DNA of 62,992 nt, filler included, from Chiloscyllium plagiosum (GCF_004010195.1; 3 parts of one record of this genome joined end to end with filler, not necessarily neighbours in it); one strand, 5' to 3'; shown: positions 49,121 through 61,786, numbered from the whole stretch's first letter. Numbers and translations are program-made. Notes: generated from the sequence alone by a model not told the origin.

Positions 49121-50789
49121 TAACTCTATAACAATATACTGTTTCAATAAACACCTGTATTAAAATTACATCAACTTAATTTCAAAACCACACAGCAGCT
49201 GTTGTTTCCGGTGTCTGCCTTCCTCTGGCTGTCTTTGGTCTTTTGTTGCAAAGATGTTTCATATGAAAAAGTTACCTTTAATAGACAGTGTTTTGCTGGT
49301 GATGGCAATTGGTCTCACTGGCTAACTCTCAAAATGTCTGCTTTTTTATAACCCAAACATCGGATTATCTCATTGGTTCCATGTTGGAAAAACAGTAAAT
49401 TCAATATCAGGTTTTAGTATCCTAGGGCATTATTTAAATGGATTGCTATGTTGACAACCATTCAAATTTAACCAAATCAAAACTCAGGTATTTCTTTCAC
49501 AGCCAAATGTCACATGACAGATGCCTGCAAGCTCTCAGTGCAAAACAGCTTTCACTGTCTTAAAAGATACAGTACACAACTTCAACTTCATAACAATTTT
49601 CAATTATGGAGCCCAGAGCAGGAATGTGTGTGATTTGAAAATGGTTTGTCTGTGTTGCACGCCTCCAGAATGCATTTGAATTTCCAAAGTGAGGCAATGG
49701 ACGAGAACTTGTTCATGTCTAATTAACAGCTTGCAAAGACACCTTTACTGGTTCTTAATAAAGGGAGCGCATGAAAGGGATTTTCAATTTGTAAACTCCA
49801 AATCCAAACTGTCTGCTACATGTTGATACACAATTGTCAGGGTCGATGTGGGCAAGGCAGAAACAAAGAGTTTTTTTAAAATATTGTAAACCTTGAAAGC
49901 TGAAGAGAGTTTGCTCTGAATCAGGCCTAGTAACTTTCAGTGGTCAATGTGGCCACTTCTGTGCACCATGAGGCTGTGTGGTCTCCAGTTCTGAAGAACA
50001 GTCATATTCTACTTGAAATATTAACTGTGTTTCTCTCACAGATGCTTCCAGACCTGAATATTTATAGCACATGTTGTATTATTTTAAGATTTCCAGAATC
50101 TGCAATATTTTTCTTTTATTATGATGTGATAATCATCCTGCAGAGATCTGATTGGTTCTCTGTCTCAGCAATATAATTTCTGTTCACATTAAATTTACTG
50201 TCTTCCTCTATTTAGATACCAATCTAAATGGAAATTAGTGTAATGTAAGATGAAATAAATCTTCAACATATTTGTGTATCACACTTTCCACTAACTTCTA
50301 TTTAACAAGCAAGAACAAAACGCTAGTGCTAGTACAAGCTTTGTTTATCAACATGCATCAGAACTAAGACATCATTGGACAAATTTAGTAGAATGAGCAA
50401 AAGTTAACACCCACCCAATTACTGCCAAATCACAAATACATGAGCTCCAACCCACGCGCCAAATTAACTCCCGAAGTAAAACTATTCAGCTCTCTAGCAC
50501 TGACATCTCTCAGCTGGATAAGCGCAAGGTAAATTGAAATACAAGCTGCAAAATAATAATCAAAATACTCCTACTTTACAAAAGTGATTGCAGCTCAAAG
50601 TACTTCTTTGGCTTCTAAATTGTTTTAGAATGCTAATGGTTGTGAACAATGTTAAGTAAGTACAAAACTTTGTTTTCTGCCTCTGGTTAGATTCTATAAG
50701 TCAGAATGGCGATAAGAAATTTGTCAAGCATAACAACTTGCCAATATTATCTTAAGAATTTAACCATTGAAAGTTAATGTGTGCATCTC

Positions 50790-51290
50790 GCAGAGTCATA
50801 GAGCCAGAGAGAGATGTACAGCACGGAAACAGACCCTTTGGTCCAACTTGTCCAAACCAAGCAGATATCCCAACTTAATCCAGTCACATTTGGTACCACT
50901 TGGCCCATATCCCTCTAAACCCTTCCTATTCATAGACCCAACTAAATGCCTTTTAAATGCTGTAATTGTACTAGCCTCCACCACTTCCTCTGGCAGCTCA
51001 CTCCATACACATAGGACCTTCTGCATGAAAATGTTGCTCATTAGGTCCCTTTTATATCTTTCCCCTCTCACCCTCTAGTTCTGGACTTCCCCACCCCAGG
51101 GAAAAGACTTTGTCTATTTATCCTATCCATGCCCCTCATGATTTTACAAACCTTGAAAGTCACCACTCAGCCTCCGACCCTCCAGGGAAAACAGCCCCAG
51201 CCTATACAACCTCTCCCTACAGATCAAATTCTCCAACCCGGGCAACATCCTTGTAAATCTTTTCTGAACTCTTTCAAGTTTCATAAAATC
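50790..51290 (-). mobile_element. CR1 3' fragment (young type)
   Basis: ORF 50796-51071 reads RGERYKRDL...GLEGYGP. Confidence 0.9.
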
Positions 51291-52544
51291 CTCATGAAGT
51301 CCCAACTCTTATACTCAAAGGTCTGAGAAATGAAGGCAAGCGTGTTGAACGCATTCTTAACTGCCCTGCCTACTTGTGATGCAAATTTCAAAGAATTATG
51401 TACCTGAACCCCTAGATCTCTCTGTTCTTTAATACTACTCAGGCCCACTTTTAATTGTATAAGTCATGACCTTGTTTTTATTGTCAAAAATGCAATACCT
51501 TGCATTTAATCAAATTAAACTCCATCTACCACTCCTCAGACCATTGACCCAATTGACAAAGATCTCTGTAATCTTAAATACCTTCTTCACTCTCCACTAT
51601 ACCACCAATTTGGTATCATCTGCAAACTTACTCACCATGCCTTCTATGTTCTTCTCTGAATCATCTATATGAATGACAAAGAAAGGTGGACCCTGTACCA
51701 GCATCAATCCCTGTGGCACTGCAGTGGCTGCAAGGCCTCCAGTCTGAAAAAGAACTCTCCACCACCATACTCTGTATCCTGCCACCAAGCCAATTTTGTG
51801 TCCAATTGACAAGCTTACTCTGAATCCCATGTGATCTAACTTTATTAATTGATCTACCATGTGGCATCCTGTAAAAGGCTTTAACTAAAGTTCAAGTAAA
51901 CAGTGTCTACAGCTTTGCTCTCATCAAACTTTTTGGTTACTTCATTAAAAAGAACTCAGTCAAGTCTGAGAGACACGATCTTTCTTGCACAAAACCATGC
52001 TCACTATCCCAAATCAATCCTTGCCTCTCCAAATGCCTGTAAATCCGATCTTTCAGAATCACCTCCAATAACTTAGCCCCCCACCCATGTCAGACTCACG
52101 GATCCATAGTTCCCAGGCATCTCCTTTCTTAATGACACAACAATAGCCAACTCTTGTCCTCCGGTACGTCCACCGCGTTTACAGATGACACAAATATCTC
52201 CATTAGGGGCCCCACAATTTCCTCCCTAACATCCCACAATGTCCTGGGATACTCTTGATCAGGTCCTGGAGGTTTATCTACTTTTATGTTTTCTAAGACC
52301 CCAGCAGCTCCTCTTTTCTAACGTGAACTGTTTTTAAAAGATCAATAGTTATTTCCCTGAGTTCGCTAGTCTCCACTTCTTTCTCAACAATAAAAACTGA
52401 AGTGAAATGTTCATTTAATATCTCTTCTATCTCCGGAGGTCCAACATAAAGACAACCTTTAAGATGTCCTACTCTTTCTCTAATTGATTTCTTGCTCTTA
52501 ATGTATTTGTAGAATCTTTTTGGATTATCTTTAACCTTATCTGC
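51291..52544 (-). repeat. Decayed CR1 segment near-identical to 18186-19432 in inverted orientation
   Basis: Long exact matches, including idiosyncratic lesions (gctggtacagggtccacctttctttgtc; taagaaaggagatgcctggg; ctttagttaaagcc). Confidence 0.9.
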
Positions 52545-53044
52545 NNNNNNNNNNNNNNNNNNNNNNNNNNNNNNNNNNNNNNNNNNNNNNNNNNNNNNNN
52601 NNNNNNNNNNNNNNNNNNNNNNNNNNNNNNNNNNNNNNNNNNNNNNNNNNNNNNNNNNNNNNNNNNNNNNNNNNNNNNNNNNNNNNNNNNNNNNNNNNNN
52701 NNNNNNNNNNNNNNNNNNNNNNNNNNNNNNNNNNNNNNNNNNNNNNNNNNNNNNNNNNNNNNNNNNNNNNNNNNNNNNNNNNNNNNNNNNNNNNNNNNNN
52801 NNNNNNNNNNNNNNNNNNNNNNNNNNNNNNNNNNNNNNNNNNNNNNNNNNNNNNNNNNNNNNNNNNNNNNNNNNNNNNNNNNNNNNNNNNNNNNNNNNNN
52901 NNNNNNNNNNNNNNNNNNNNNNNNNNNNNNNNNNNNNNNNNNNNNNNNNNNNNNNNNNNNNNNNNNNNNNNNNNNNNNNNNNNNNNNNNNNNNNNNNNNN
53001 NNNNNNNNNNNNNNNNNNNNNNNNNNNNNNNNNNNNNNNNNNNN

Positions 53045-53875
53045 AGTTACCCACTTGCTTCTTATATAAGAATAAAAGACTTTGGGATTCCCCTTAATTC
53101 TGCTCTCTAAAGCTATTTCATGACCCCTTTTAGCCCACTTGATTCCTCGTTTAAGACTGGTCTTACTCTCCTGATATTTCTCCAGGGCCCTTTGCTGCCT
53201 GAAATCAATTTTGAGAGACATGATTTCCCATGCACAAAGTCATGCTGACTATCCCTAAACAGTCCTTGTCCCTCAGGATTCCCTCCAACATCTTGCCCAC
53301 CATTGATGTCAGGCTCACCAGTCTATAGTTCCCTGGCTTTTACTTACCACCTTTCTTAAATAGTGGCACCATGTTAGCCAACCTCCAGTCTTCCAGCACC
53401 TCACCTGTAACTATCGATGATACAAATATCTCAGCAAGGGGCCCAGCAATCACTTCTCTAGCTTCCCACAGAGTTCTCAGTTACATCTGATCAGGTCCTG
53501 GGGATTTATCCCCTTTTATACGTTTCAAGACATCTAGCACCTCCTCTTCTGTAGTGACATTTTTCATGATGTCACCATCTATTTTCCTACATTCTGTATC
53601 TTTCTTGTCCTTCTCCACGATAAACACCGATGCAAAATACCCATTTAGTATCTCCCCCATCACCTGCAGCTCCAAACAGAGGCCACCTTGCTGATCTTTG
53701 AAGGGCCCTATTCTCTTCCTAGTTACCCTTTTGTCCTTAATGTATTTTAAAACCCTTTGGATTCTCCTTAACTTTATTTTCCAAAGCTACCTCATGCCCC
53801 CTTTTTGCCCTCCTGATTTCCCTCTGAAGTGTACTTCTATTTCCTAAATACTCTTCCAAGGATTCACTCGATCTG
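53045..53875 (-). mobile_element. Two CR1 linker fragments
   Basis: Read KRGIKWAKRGHEIAL and GEILNGYFASVF...DKSPGPDQM. Confidence 0.85.
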
Positions 53876-55463
53876 ATGACGTTAGAAACACACCACCCAG
53901 ATATCATTGTCTAAACTGGGAAAAACGGGGTTGAGCTGGTATTGAACTTCAACTGAGCATAAGTCTGATTTTGGAGATTGACTGTAATGAATGGCATGAA
54001 ACCTCATCTTCTCTGAATTTAAATCAGTGGATATAACAAAATCAGGCAGTTTCTCTAAAAGGGGAGTTGATCACCATTTACAGATTTGTGCTTGGACAAT
54101 AAATTGAAAAATAAAAGATAGCCACAAAGTCTTAGGTTATCTGGGCAAGAAGTAGAAAGATATTTTTTGACTTGCTTTGGAGGGATCTGGGCCAAATGCA
54201 GACAGATGGGAATAATTTAGTTTGGGAACATGGTCAGTGTGGACCAGTTGGACAAAGGATCTGTTTCCATATTGTTTGACTCTGACTTCACAGAGGAGAA
54301 GCCAGGGAAACTAAAGAGAGTTCGGAAAATAGAAATAGGAAAATGGGAATTATCATTAAAAGGTTAGGGATTCTAAAAGGCAGTCAGGAATTTAACAGTT
54401 GGACATCTTATCAGAGAGAGATATCAAAACATTTTGTTCATTAGTCTGATCATCTGTTTGATGGTTTACCCGAGAGGGAAGAAACCAAAAAGAATTGCTG
54501 AACACATCTGATATAAAGCACCAAGTACGGTGGAAAGAATTAAAGTGTCAAGATTTCATAAAATCTCACTTTCGAATATCTGTAAATCTTTGAGGAAAGA
54601 TTGTTGTGGAAGAACCTAATGGGTCAAAAATGTGCCAAAGTCCCACTATTCCTTTCCAAATTCTAACTGATGATTATTCTCAATGTTGCACTTTATTTTA
54701 AAACAGAAAATGTCACTCAGATTTTCAGTCAGAAGCATTATCTAATTTCTTTACAATTCTGATGTATTTGAGAATTGCAATGCTCTTTATATTAGGTGTA
54801 ATGAGCTGTAAAGTTGCATCACCTATTTACTGTATTAATATTTTGACAACAAAATAGGCTTAAAATGACAATAAAAATAGTGCATAGTCCTTACTTCAAA
54901 ATTCATAGTTTAGGCCCAAATTCAAGAATATTGTACTTTCAAAAATATTCATTGAATTGAGAATTTGCCAATAAGGTTCAAAATGTATTATTGTCTCAAG
55001 CATATAGGAATCACTGTGGTCTGATAATGTATTTTTTCAATATTGGAAGAATGAACATCTAACATATTGAACGGCATCAAAGCATAAGTACAAATATTTG
55101 GTAAATATTTAATGATTTAGGCAGCCAGCTCAGATTCTTTCCTAAATAATCAATATTAAACACTTACAATAGATTTAGAAATTACCATCTTGCCAAATTT
55201 ATAAATCAGTAAAGACTCTCTTTGCTCCCTTGGTTATATCTTGTAGATTTGAAATGCAATATAGCATTGTTAATGAAAGTCTGTCTGGCGACATACACAG
55301 AACGTACTCTAACCCTAAACCACAGAGAATAACCAATGCCAGGCTACTCTGGGAAAGATTTTGGACACTGTCATTAAATTTAACTACAGAAAGCTAATGC
55401 ATTAAAAGTTAAACATGAGGCAATGTATCTGTAATATTTTAAACTTGCAATATATGTTACATG

Positions 55464-55547
55464 GAGAAAGTGAGGACTGCAGATGCTGGAGACCAGAGCT
55501 GAAAAATTTAGTGCTGGAAAAACACAGCAGGCCAGGCAGCATCCAAG
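55464..55547 (-). mobile_element. 84-bp Penelope family A terminal insertion
   Basis: Consists of the tail and terminus only. The perfect TSD aatatatgttacatg is at 55449-55463 and 55548-55562. Confidence 0.9.
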
Positions 55548-55819
55548 AATATATGTTACATGTTTATTTGGATATAAGATGCAACCCTCAACCACTGAAC
55601 TAAATTTCATAAAGTCCAGAGGGGACGAACGCACTTTGGGGTATAGCTGGTCAAAAGCATGTAATAATCTCTTTGTATTTAAAAGCACAATGTGAGAGGC
55701 ACGATCAAATGCTACATTAATGAAAATAGGCAAACTGTTAGCATTTCTCGTGCTTTTGATAAGCAGTTTGCCTAATGGGGGTGTAGCAGGTGATTTTACT
55801 TGGGCAATGGCATAGGAAG

Positions 55820-56270
55820 TCATACATCTAAATTTATTGATGGCATATTTTGGCAATATTGTAGACAGTATAAATGATAGCATAAAGTTAAAAGTAATAT
55901 TGATAGGCTAGGTATATGAGCAAAACTGTTGCAGGTGGAATTCAATACAAGCAAGTGAGGGATTATCCATTTTGGATTAAACAAAAGGATAGGTCAGGGT
56001 ATTTTCTAGATGGTTTAAAGATAAATACAACGGATGCCCAAAGAGACTCATGGTTCAGGTGCACAGACCTTAAAGAATTTAAGAACAAGTGCAGAAAAAT
56101 CACCAAGAAAGCCAATAGAATGTTGGATCTTATATCCAAAGGACTACAATATAAGGAAGCAGAAGTTATGCTGCAGTTAAACAAAATCCTGGTTAGACCC
56201 CAAATGGAATACTGTGATCAGATACGGACACCGCACCTTAGGAAGGATATATTGACCTTGGACGGAATTG
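55820..56270 (+). mobile_element. Old CR1 C-terminal fragment
   Basis: Reads KKANRMLDLISKGLQYK...LVRPQMEYC. Confidence 0.75.
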
Positions 56271-56311
56271 CTCACTGCTCCAGCTGAGTTTCTGGTAATA
56301 TCAAGGATATT

Positions 56312-56916
56312 GATAGAACATAGAAGAATACAGCGCAGTACAGGCCCTTTGGCCCTCGATGTTGCGCCGACCCAAGCCCACCTAACCTATACTAACCCAC
56401 TATCCTCCATATACCTATCCAATGCCCGCTTAAATGCCCATAAAGAGGGAGAGTCCACCACTGCTACTGGCAGGGCATTCCATGAACTTACGACTCGCTG
56501 AGTGAAGAACCTACCCCTAACTTCAGTCCTATATCTACCCCCCCTTAATTTAAAGCTATGCCCCCTTGTAATACCCGACTCCATACGCGGGAAAAGGTTC
56601 ACACTGTCAACCCTATCTAACCCCCTAATCATCTTGTACACCTCAATCAAGTCACCCCAAACCTTCTTTTCTCTAATGAAAACAGCCCCAAGTGTCTCAG
56701 TCTTTCCTCATACGATCTTCCTTCCATACCAGGCAACATCCTGGTAAACCTCCTCTGCACCCGTTCCAGTGCCACCACATCCTTCCTATAGTATGGCGAC
56801 CAAAACTGCACACAATATTCCAGATGCGGCCGCACCAGAGTCTTATACAACTGCATCATGACCTCAGGACTCCAGAACTCAATTCCTCTACCAATAAAAG
56901 CCAGTACGCCATATAC
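56312..56916 (-). mobile_element. CR1 3' fragment, truncated by a gap
   Basis: Reads LVRPHLEYCVQFWSPYYRKDVVALERVQRRFTR, with a tagaacatagaa tail. Confidence 0.92.
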
Positions 56917-57016
56917 NNNNNNNNNNNNNNNNNNNNNNNNNNNNNNNNNNNNNNNNNNNNTTAATTAATTAANNNNNNNNNNNNNNNNNNNNNNNNNNNN
57001 NNNNNNNNNNNNNNNN
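56917..57016. other. Artificial assembly linker: N44-TTAATTAATTAA-N44
   Basis: Same 100-bp structure as 31298-31397. Confidence 0.95.
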
Positions 57017-57927
57017 AGGTACAGTTAGTAAGTTTGCAGATGACACCAAAATTGGAGGTGTCGTGGACAGTGAGACGGTTACCTCAGATTACAACAGGAT
57101 CTGGACCAGATGGGCCAATGGGCTAAGACGTGGCAGATGGAGTTTAATTCAGATAAATGCGAGGTGCTGCATTTTGGGAAAGCAAATCTTAGCAGGACTT
57201 ATACATNNNNNNNNNNNNNNNNNNNNNNNNNNNNNNNNNNNNTGAAAGTGGAGTCGCAGGTAGATAGGATAGTGAAGAAGGCGTTTGGTATGCTTTCTTT
57301 TATTGGTCAGAGTATTGAGTACAGGAGTTGGGAGGTCATGTTGTGGTTGTACAGGACATTGGTTAGGCCACTGTAGGAATATTGAATGCAATTCTGGTCT
57401 CCTTCTTATTGGAAAGATGTTGTGAAACTTGAAAGGGTTCAGAAAAGATTTACAAGGATGTTGCCAGGGTTGGAGGATTTGAGCTATAGGGAGAGGCTGA
57501 ACAGGCTGGGGCTGTTTTCCCTGGAGCGTCGGAGGCTGAGGGGTGACCTTTTAGAGGTTTACAAAATTAAGAGGGGCATGGATTGGATAAATAGGCAAAG
57601 TCTTTTCCCTGGGGTTGGGGAGTCCAGAACTAGAGGGTATAGGTTTAGGGTGAGAGGGGATAGATATAAAAGAGACCTAAGGGGCAACTTTTTGACGCAG
57701 AGGTTGGTACGTGTATGGAATGAGCTGCCAGAGGATGTGCTGGAGGCTGGTACAATTGCAACATTTAAGAGGCATTTGGATGGCTATATGAATAGGAAGG
57801 GTTTGGAGGGATATGGGCCGGGAGCTGGCAGGTGGGACTAGATTGGGTTGGGATATCTGGTCGGCATGGACGGGTTGGACCAAAGGGTCTGTTTCCGTAC
57901 TGTACATCTCTATGATTCTATGATTCT
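57017..57927 (+). mobile_element. CR1 RT-to-3' fragment
   Basis: Reads SKFADDTKIGG; includes ORF 57386-57841 and a tctatgattctatgattcta tail. Confidence 0.95.
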
Positions 57928-58039
57928 AAGATGTGACATACTCATTGAAGACTCTGTCAATGTCCTCTGGCTCCAAACACAGATTGTCCCCATGATCTCT
58001 TATGGGTGCTACTCCTTCCCTGATTATTCGCTTTTCTTG

Positions 58040-59525
58040 AATATATTTATAGAATATCATGGGATTTTACCTGCCAATGTTTTCTTATGTCTCCTCTTTG
58101 TTCTCCTAAGTTCCACCTTACACTTTCTACACTCCACCAGGGCCTCTGTTGACTTTTCTTTTTCCATCTGCTGAAATCTTCTCTTTTCTTATCCTTCTCA
58201 TAATGTCCTGAATATTCCTAGACATCCAGGCTTCTCTGGTCTCGTTGCTCCCACATTTCTCCCTAAAGGCACCATGATGAGCTTGTACTCTCCCGTTTCT
58301 GATCCACCCCCACACTGTTCTGCTGTAGATGTTCCCACAGGAAGCTCTCCCCAGTCTACCTTGGCCAGATTGTTCCTTATTTGAATAAAACCTACCTTCC
58401 CCCAATCCAAAACTCTTCTTTGCAGACCTTTGTTTTCCATGACAAACTTATGACGTCTGGTGCTGTGGTCGTTATCACTAAAATGTTCCCCTACTGCCCC
58501 CTCAAACATCAATCCAGTTTCATTCCCCACAATTGGGTCCAGCACTGCACTGTCCTTCTTCGACCAACTGCATGTTGACGTATAAAGCTCTCCTATGTAC
58601 ATCTCAAGAAATCTACACAAACTAAACCCTTTCCATTATGTCTGTGCCAATTAATGTTCAGGAAATTGAAATCCCCTAATATAGTCACCCTATTTTTGTT
58701 TTTGTACATCTCAGTGAATTGTCTACCTATCTGTTCCCCTTTTGTCCTTTGATTATTGGGGGGTGTATAATACAGTTCAAAGTGTGACTGTTCCCTTTTT
58801 ATACCTGGAATCTGCACATAAAGCTTCCTTTGAAGGCTCTTCCAAAATGTCATCCCTCGTTATCAATAAGGTGACATCTCGTGTCTATTACATTCTCCCC
58901 TATCTTGCCTGAAGACCTATTATCCCAGAATGTGCAGTTACCTCTCTCAGTTATGTGTCTGTGATAGCAACAATGTCACTATTCCACATGTCAAACCATG
59001 CTTTTAACTCACCTGTCTTACCTGAGCATTAAAGTAGACACCATCCATCCTGGTCTTATTGCCTTTAATAAAAATGGCTGAACTTTCTGTGTTCTAGCTC
59101 CTTTACCAGGCTGTGTCCCTATTGTAAGGATCCTGGTCCCATTCTGATTCGTTATACAAGTCCCACCTTCCCAAGAAACAATTCGAGTGATCCAGGAATC
59201 TAAAAGCTGTCTTCCTACATCAACTCCTGGGACACATAGCCACCTACCCTAATCTCCTATTTCTGTACTCACCAACACATGGCACCAGGAGTAATCCAGA
59301 GGTTACAAACGCAGAGATCATGTTTTTCGATCTACTGCCTAGCTCCCTGAATTCTTGATGCAGACCTCATCCCTCTTTCATCGCATGTTGTGGGAAGCAA
59401 TGTGTATCACAATCTCTGATTACTCCCCTACCCCCTTCAGGATGCACTGCAGCCACTCTGTGACGTCTCTAACCTGTAACAGTGGAAGCAGCACACTATC
59501 CTGGAGTCATGTCTACAGCTGCTAG
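58040..59525 (-). mobile_element. Old CR1 5' half (ORF1 esterase-like and EN remnants)
   Basis: Reads DSRIVCC...VRDVTEWLQCILKG at about 59430-59510, plus ILGDFNFLNINW and GEHFSDNDH. Confidence 0.75.
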
Positions 59526-60501
59526 AAAGTCTGATCTATCGGAGAAAGGTTTCCAAAGAGGAGAAGCCGAGCTCGTTATTCCCTAAACCAGTGATTGCAG
59601 GATTTTGTACAACCCTGAAACTGTAGCTGTACAAGGCTTGAAGGTATTTCATATCAATTTAATGCTTCATTATAATAAACAGGATTGACTACTGAGACTG
59701 CATTGCTTACACATGATGCAGAAATCATTCTGTTAAATTATTGCCAGAGGTGTGTTACTAATCACAAGGAATAATATTGTCTACAAGAAATAACATGTCA
59801 GAGTACTGTGTCTAGTTCTGTGTTCCATTGTAAAAGATTCACTGAAAATGCATTTCTGTTCAGTTGGAAGGAAACTAAAATTCCGGGGAAATATTTGGGA
59901 CTTCTCATCCCACGTTATTCCACAAGGTTACCCTGGCTGAAAAGGCAGAAAGCATTCCTTGGCACACCCAGGATTAAAACTAGTAGGCAAGCCATGATAA
60001 TGCAATTGGGGCATGATCTGATATAGTTTTAGGAACCAGCTCTGTACGAACAGGCCGCATTGGAACCTACTGAGAAATATGGGTTAAAATCAGAGCCGGT
60101 GGCATTGGTGCAAGATGGGTCAATACCCAAGGAGCACCGTGAACCCAGTGGACAGAATTGAGTCTGATTGACTGGGGAATTTAAAACCAACACAGCATAA
60201 GATATTAGTCTCTCGCTGTAGAGCAAATGAATGACGATTGTGGAGCTTCTGCTATAACTATCAGGTCATTAGCAAAGCATTGCTCATGTACAGAGGCTTT
60301 TACTGTGTCCTTCCCTCCATGGGCAACAAATATCTGGAACAATTGTGAAGCCCACTGTCATGTTGTCCATTAAAAGCTGGTGAGGAGTTCCAGGACATCC
60401 TGGAAAATTAACAACTACAGCAGGACCTGAAACCTTTCCCATCCACCACACCTCCCCCAATCCTCACACCTTCGGGTGAAATCAGCCAACTCAATGAGGA
60501 G

Positions 60502-60713
60502 ATACTAAATAAAAACCAAATAACTGTGGATGCTGTCAATCGGAAACAAAAACAGAAATTGCTGGAAAAGCTCAGCAGGTCAGGCAGCATCTGTGAAGAG
60601 AAATCAGAGTTAGCCTTCTGAAGAAGCGTTACCAGAACTGAAATGTTAATTCTGATTTCTATTCACAGATGCTGCCGGACCTGCTGAGCTTTTCCAGCAA
60701 TTTCTGTTTGTGG
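60502..60713. mobile_element. Palindromic Penelope-derived element (family D)
   Basis: Arms acagaaattgctggaaaagctcagcaggtc and its reverse complement surround a central CTGAAGA...GAAAtGTT. The TSD is aactcaatgaggag (60488-60501) / aactcaatgaagag (60714-60727). Confidence 0.85.
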
Positions 60714-61464
60714 AACTCAATGAAGAGGCTTGAGAAGAGAGAATCCAGATTTTGAAGAATTGTATTGCCGGATTGTTGTCAACTGGATTGACAAGTACCT
60801 GAGGGAATGATGTATGTTCCATTGACTGTTTCCCAAAGATCTTTGATTTCTGTGGTGTTGTTCCCATTGTTTGCATTAACAATGGGGAGGGGGGTTCATG
60901 TGAATTTGCCTCCAGCAGGATGTTTTACCTGATGTGGAAATGCTCATGTTATCCCTCAAAACATAAAAACCGGAAGTGTATAGTATATTGAGGAAAGTAA
61001 CATGCATTACAGACATGCATTACAAACAACCAACAATATACAAACAGAACATTGACAGGAACTTAAGTGTCTGGGTGACATCAAGCTGTTACATACAACA
61101 GAAGAAAATGTTTTTAGGAGAAACATATCATGCTACAAGATGGGTAAGTGACAGATGAGACACTCATATCCTCAGTATATGTACTAATATACAGTGATAA
61201 TAATAATGTGCAAGTTTCTTAAAGTACTGAGAGACAGAACACGAGTAGTTAGAAGTTGAAATCCAGTACCCAGAGTCCTTCACAGAGGTTTTACAGTGAG
61301 GGCGCAGACAATATGTAGCTGTTGAGTTCCATGATCTTCTCTGAGATGTTTCAATTATGGAACACATCATCCAGTGACCTACCACTTGCAACAATTTCTC
61401 CGACAGGAACAGAAATGGTCTTAGGTGGAAGTTCGTATATGGGATTATGTATTAAGTAGCAATG

Positions 61465-61786
61465 TGGAGCACAGTGGCTTAGTGGTTAGTGGTGCTGCCT
61501 CCAGGGACCTGGGTTCAATTCCAGCCTCAGGCGACTGTGTGTGTGGAGTTTGCATGCTCTCTCCCTGTGTCTGCGTGGGTTATCTCTAGTACTCATGTCC
61601 TCCCACAGTCCAAAGATGGGCAGAATAAATGGTTTGGCCATGCTAAATTACCCATAGTGTCTAGAGATTTGTGGACTAGATGGGTTAGTCATGGGAAATG
61701 CAGGGTGACAGGGATGAGGTAGATCTGGGCAGATGCTCTTAATAGGATTGTTCAAGCCTGCTTCCACACTATCAGGATTCTATGAT
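61465..61786 (+). mobile_element. V-SINE (HE1-like)
   Basis: A box tggcttagtgg, B box gggttcaattcc, V-like core, and a ggattctatg tail. Confidence 0.85.

Larger units (their letters stand above)
39396..49595 (-). mobile_element. Decayed Gmr1-like Gypsy LTR retrotransposon with both LTRs
   Basis: On the minus strand the order is 5' LTR (49595-47490), PBS-like TTGAGGGCTC (about 47487-47478), gag, PR, IN, RT, RNase H, PPT aaaggtgagg (41035-41026), and 3' LTR (41025-39396). No TSD is recognisable. Confidence 0.85.
47490..49595 (-). repeat. 5' LTR, interrupted by a CR1 at 47711-49120
   Basis: Termini are TGTTATGA...TCATAACA. The two halves join seamlessly when compared with 39600-39620. Confidence 0.85.

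Noticed and set aside
52293..53221. Long ORFs spanning N runs (also 33952-34539 and 7383-7900)
   Set aside because: They are artefacts of translating gaps.
55186..55314. Minus-strand segment bounded by AG/GT (129 bp), a candidate exon
   Set aside because: All three frames contain stops. A non-coding exon cannot be excluded but has no support.
55380..55883. 167-aa minus-strand ORF
   Set aside because: It reads through a Penelope insertion with its TSD (HVTYI twice) and antisense CR1 sequence, so it is a chance ORF.
60032..60160. Short open frame after ttttag (EPALYEQAALEP...)
   Set aside because: No homology recognised and no supporting gene structure.
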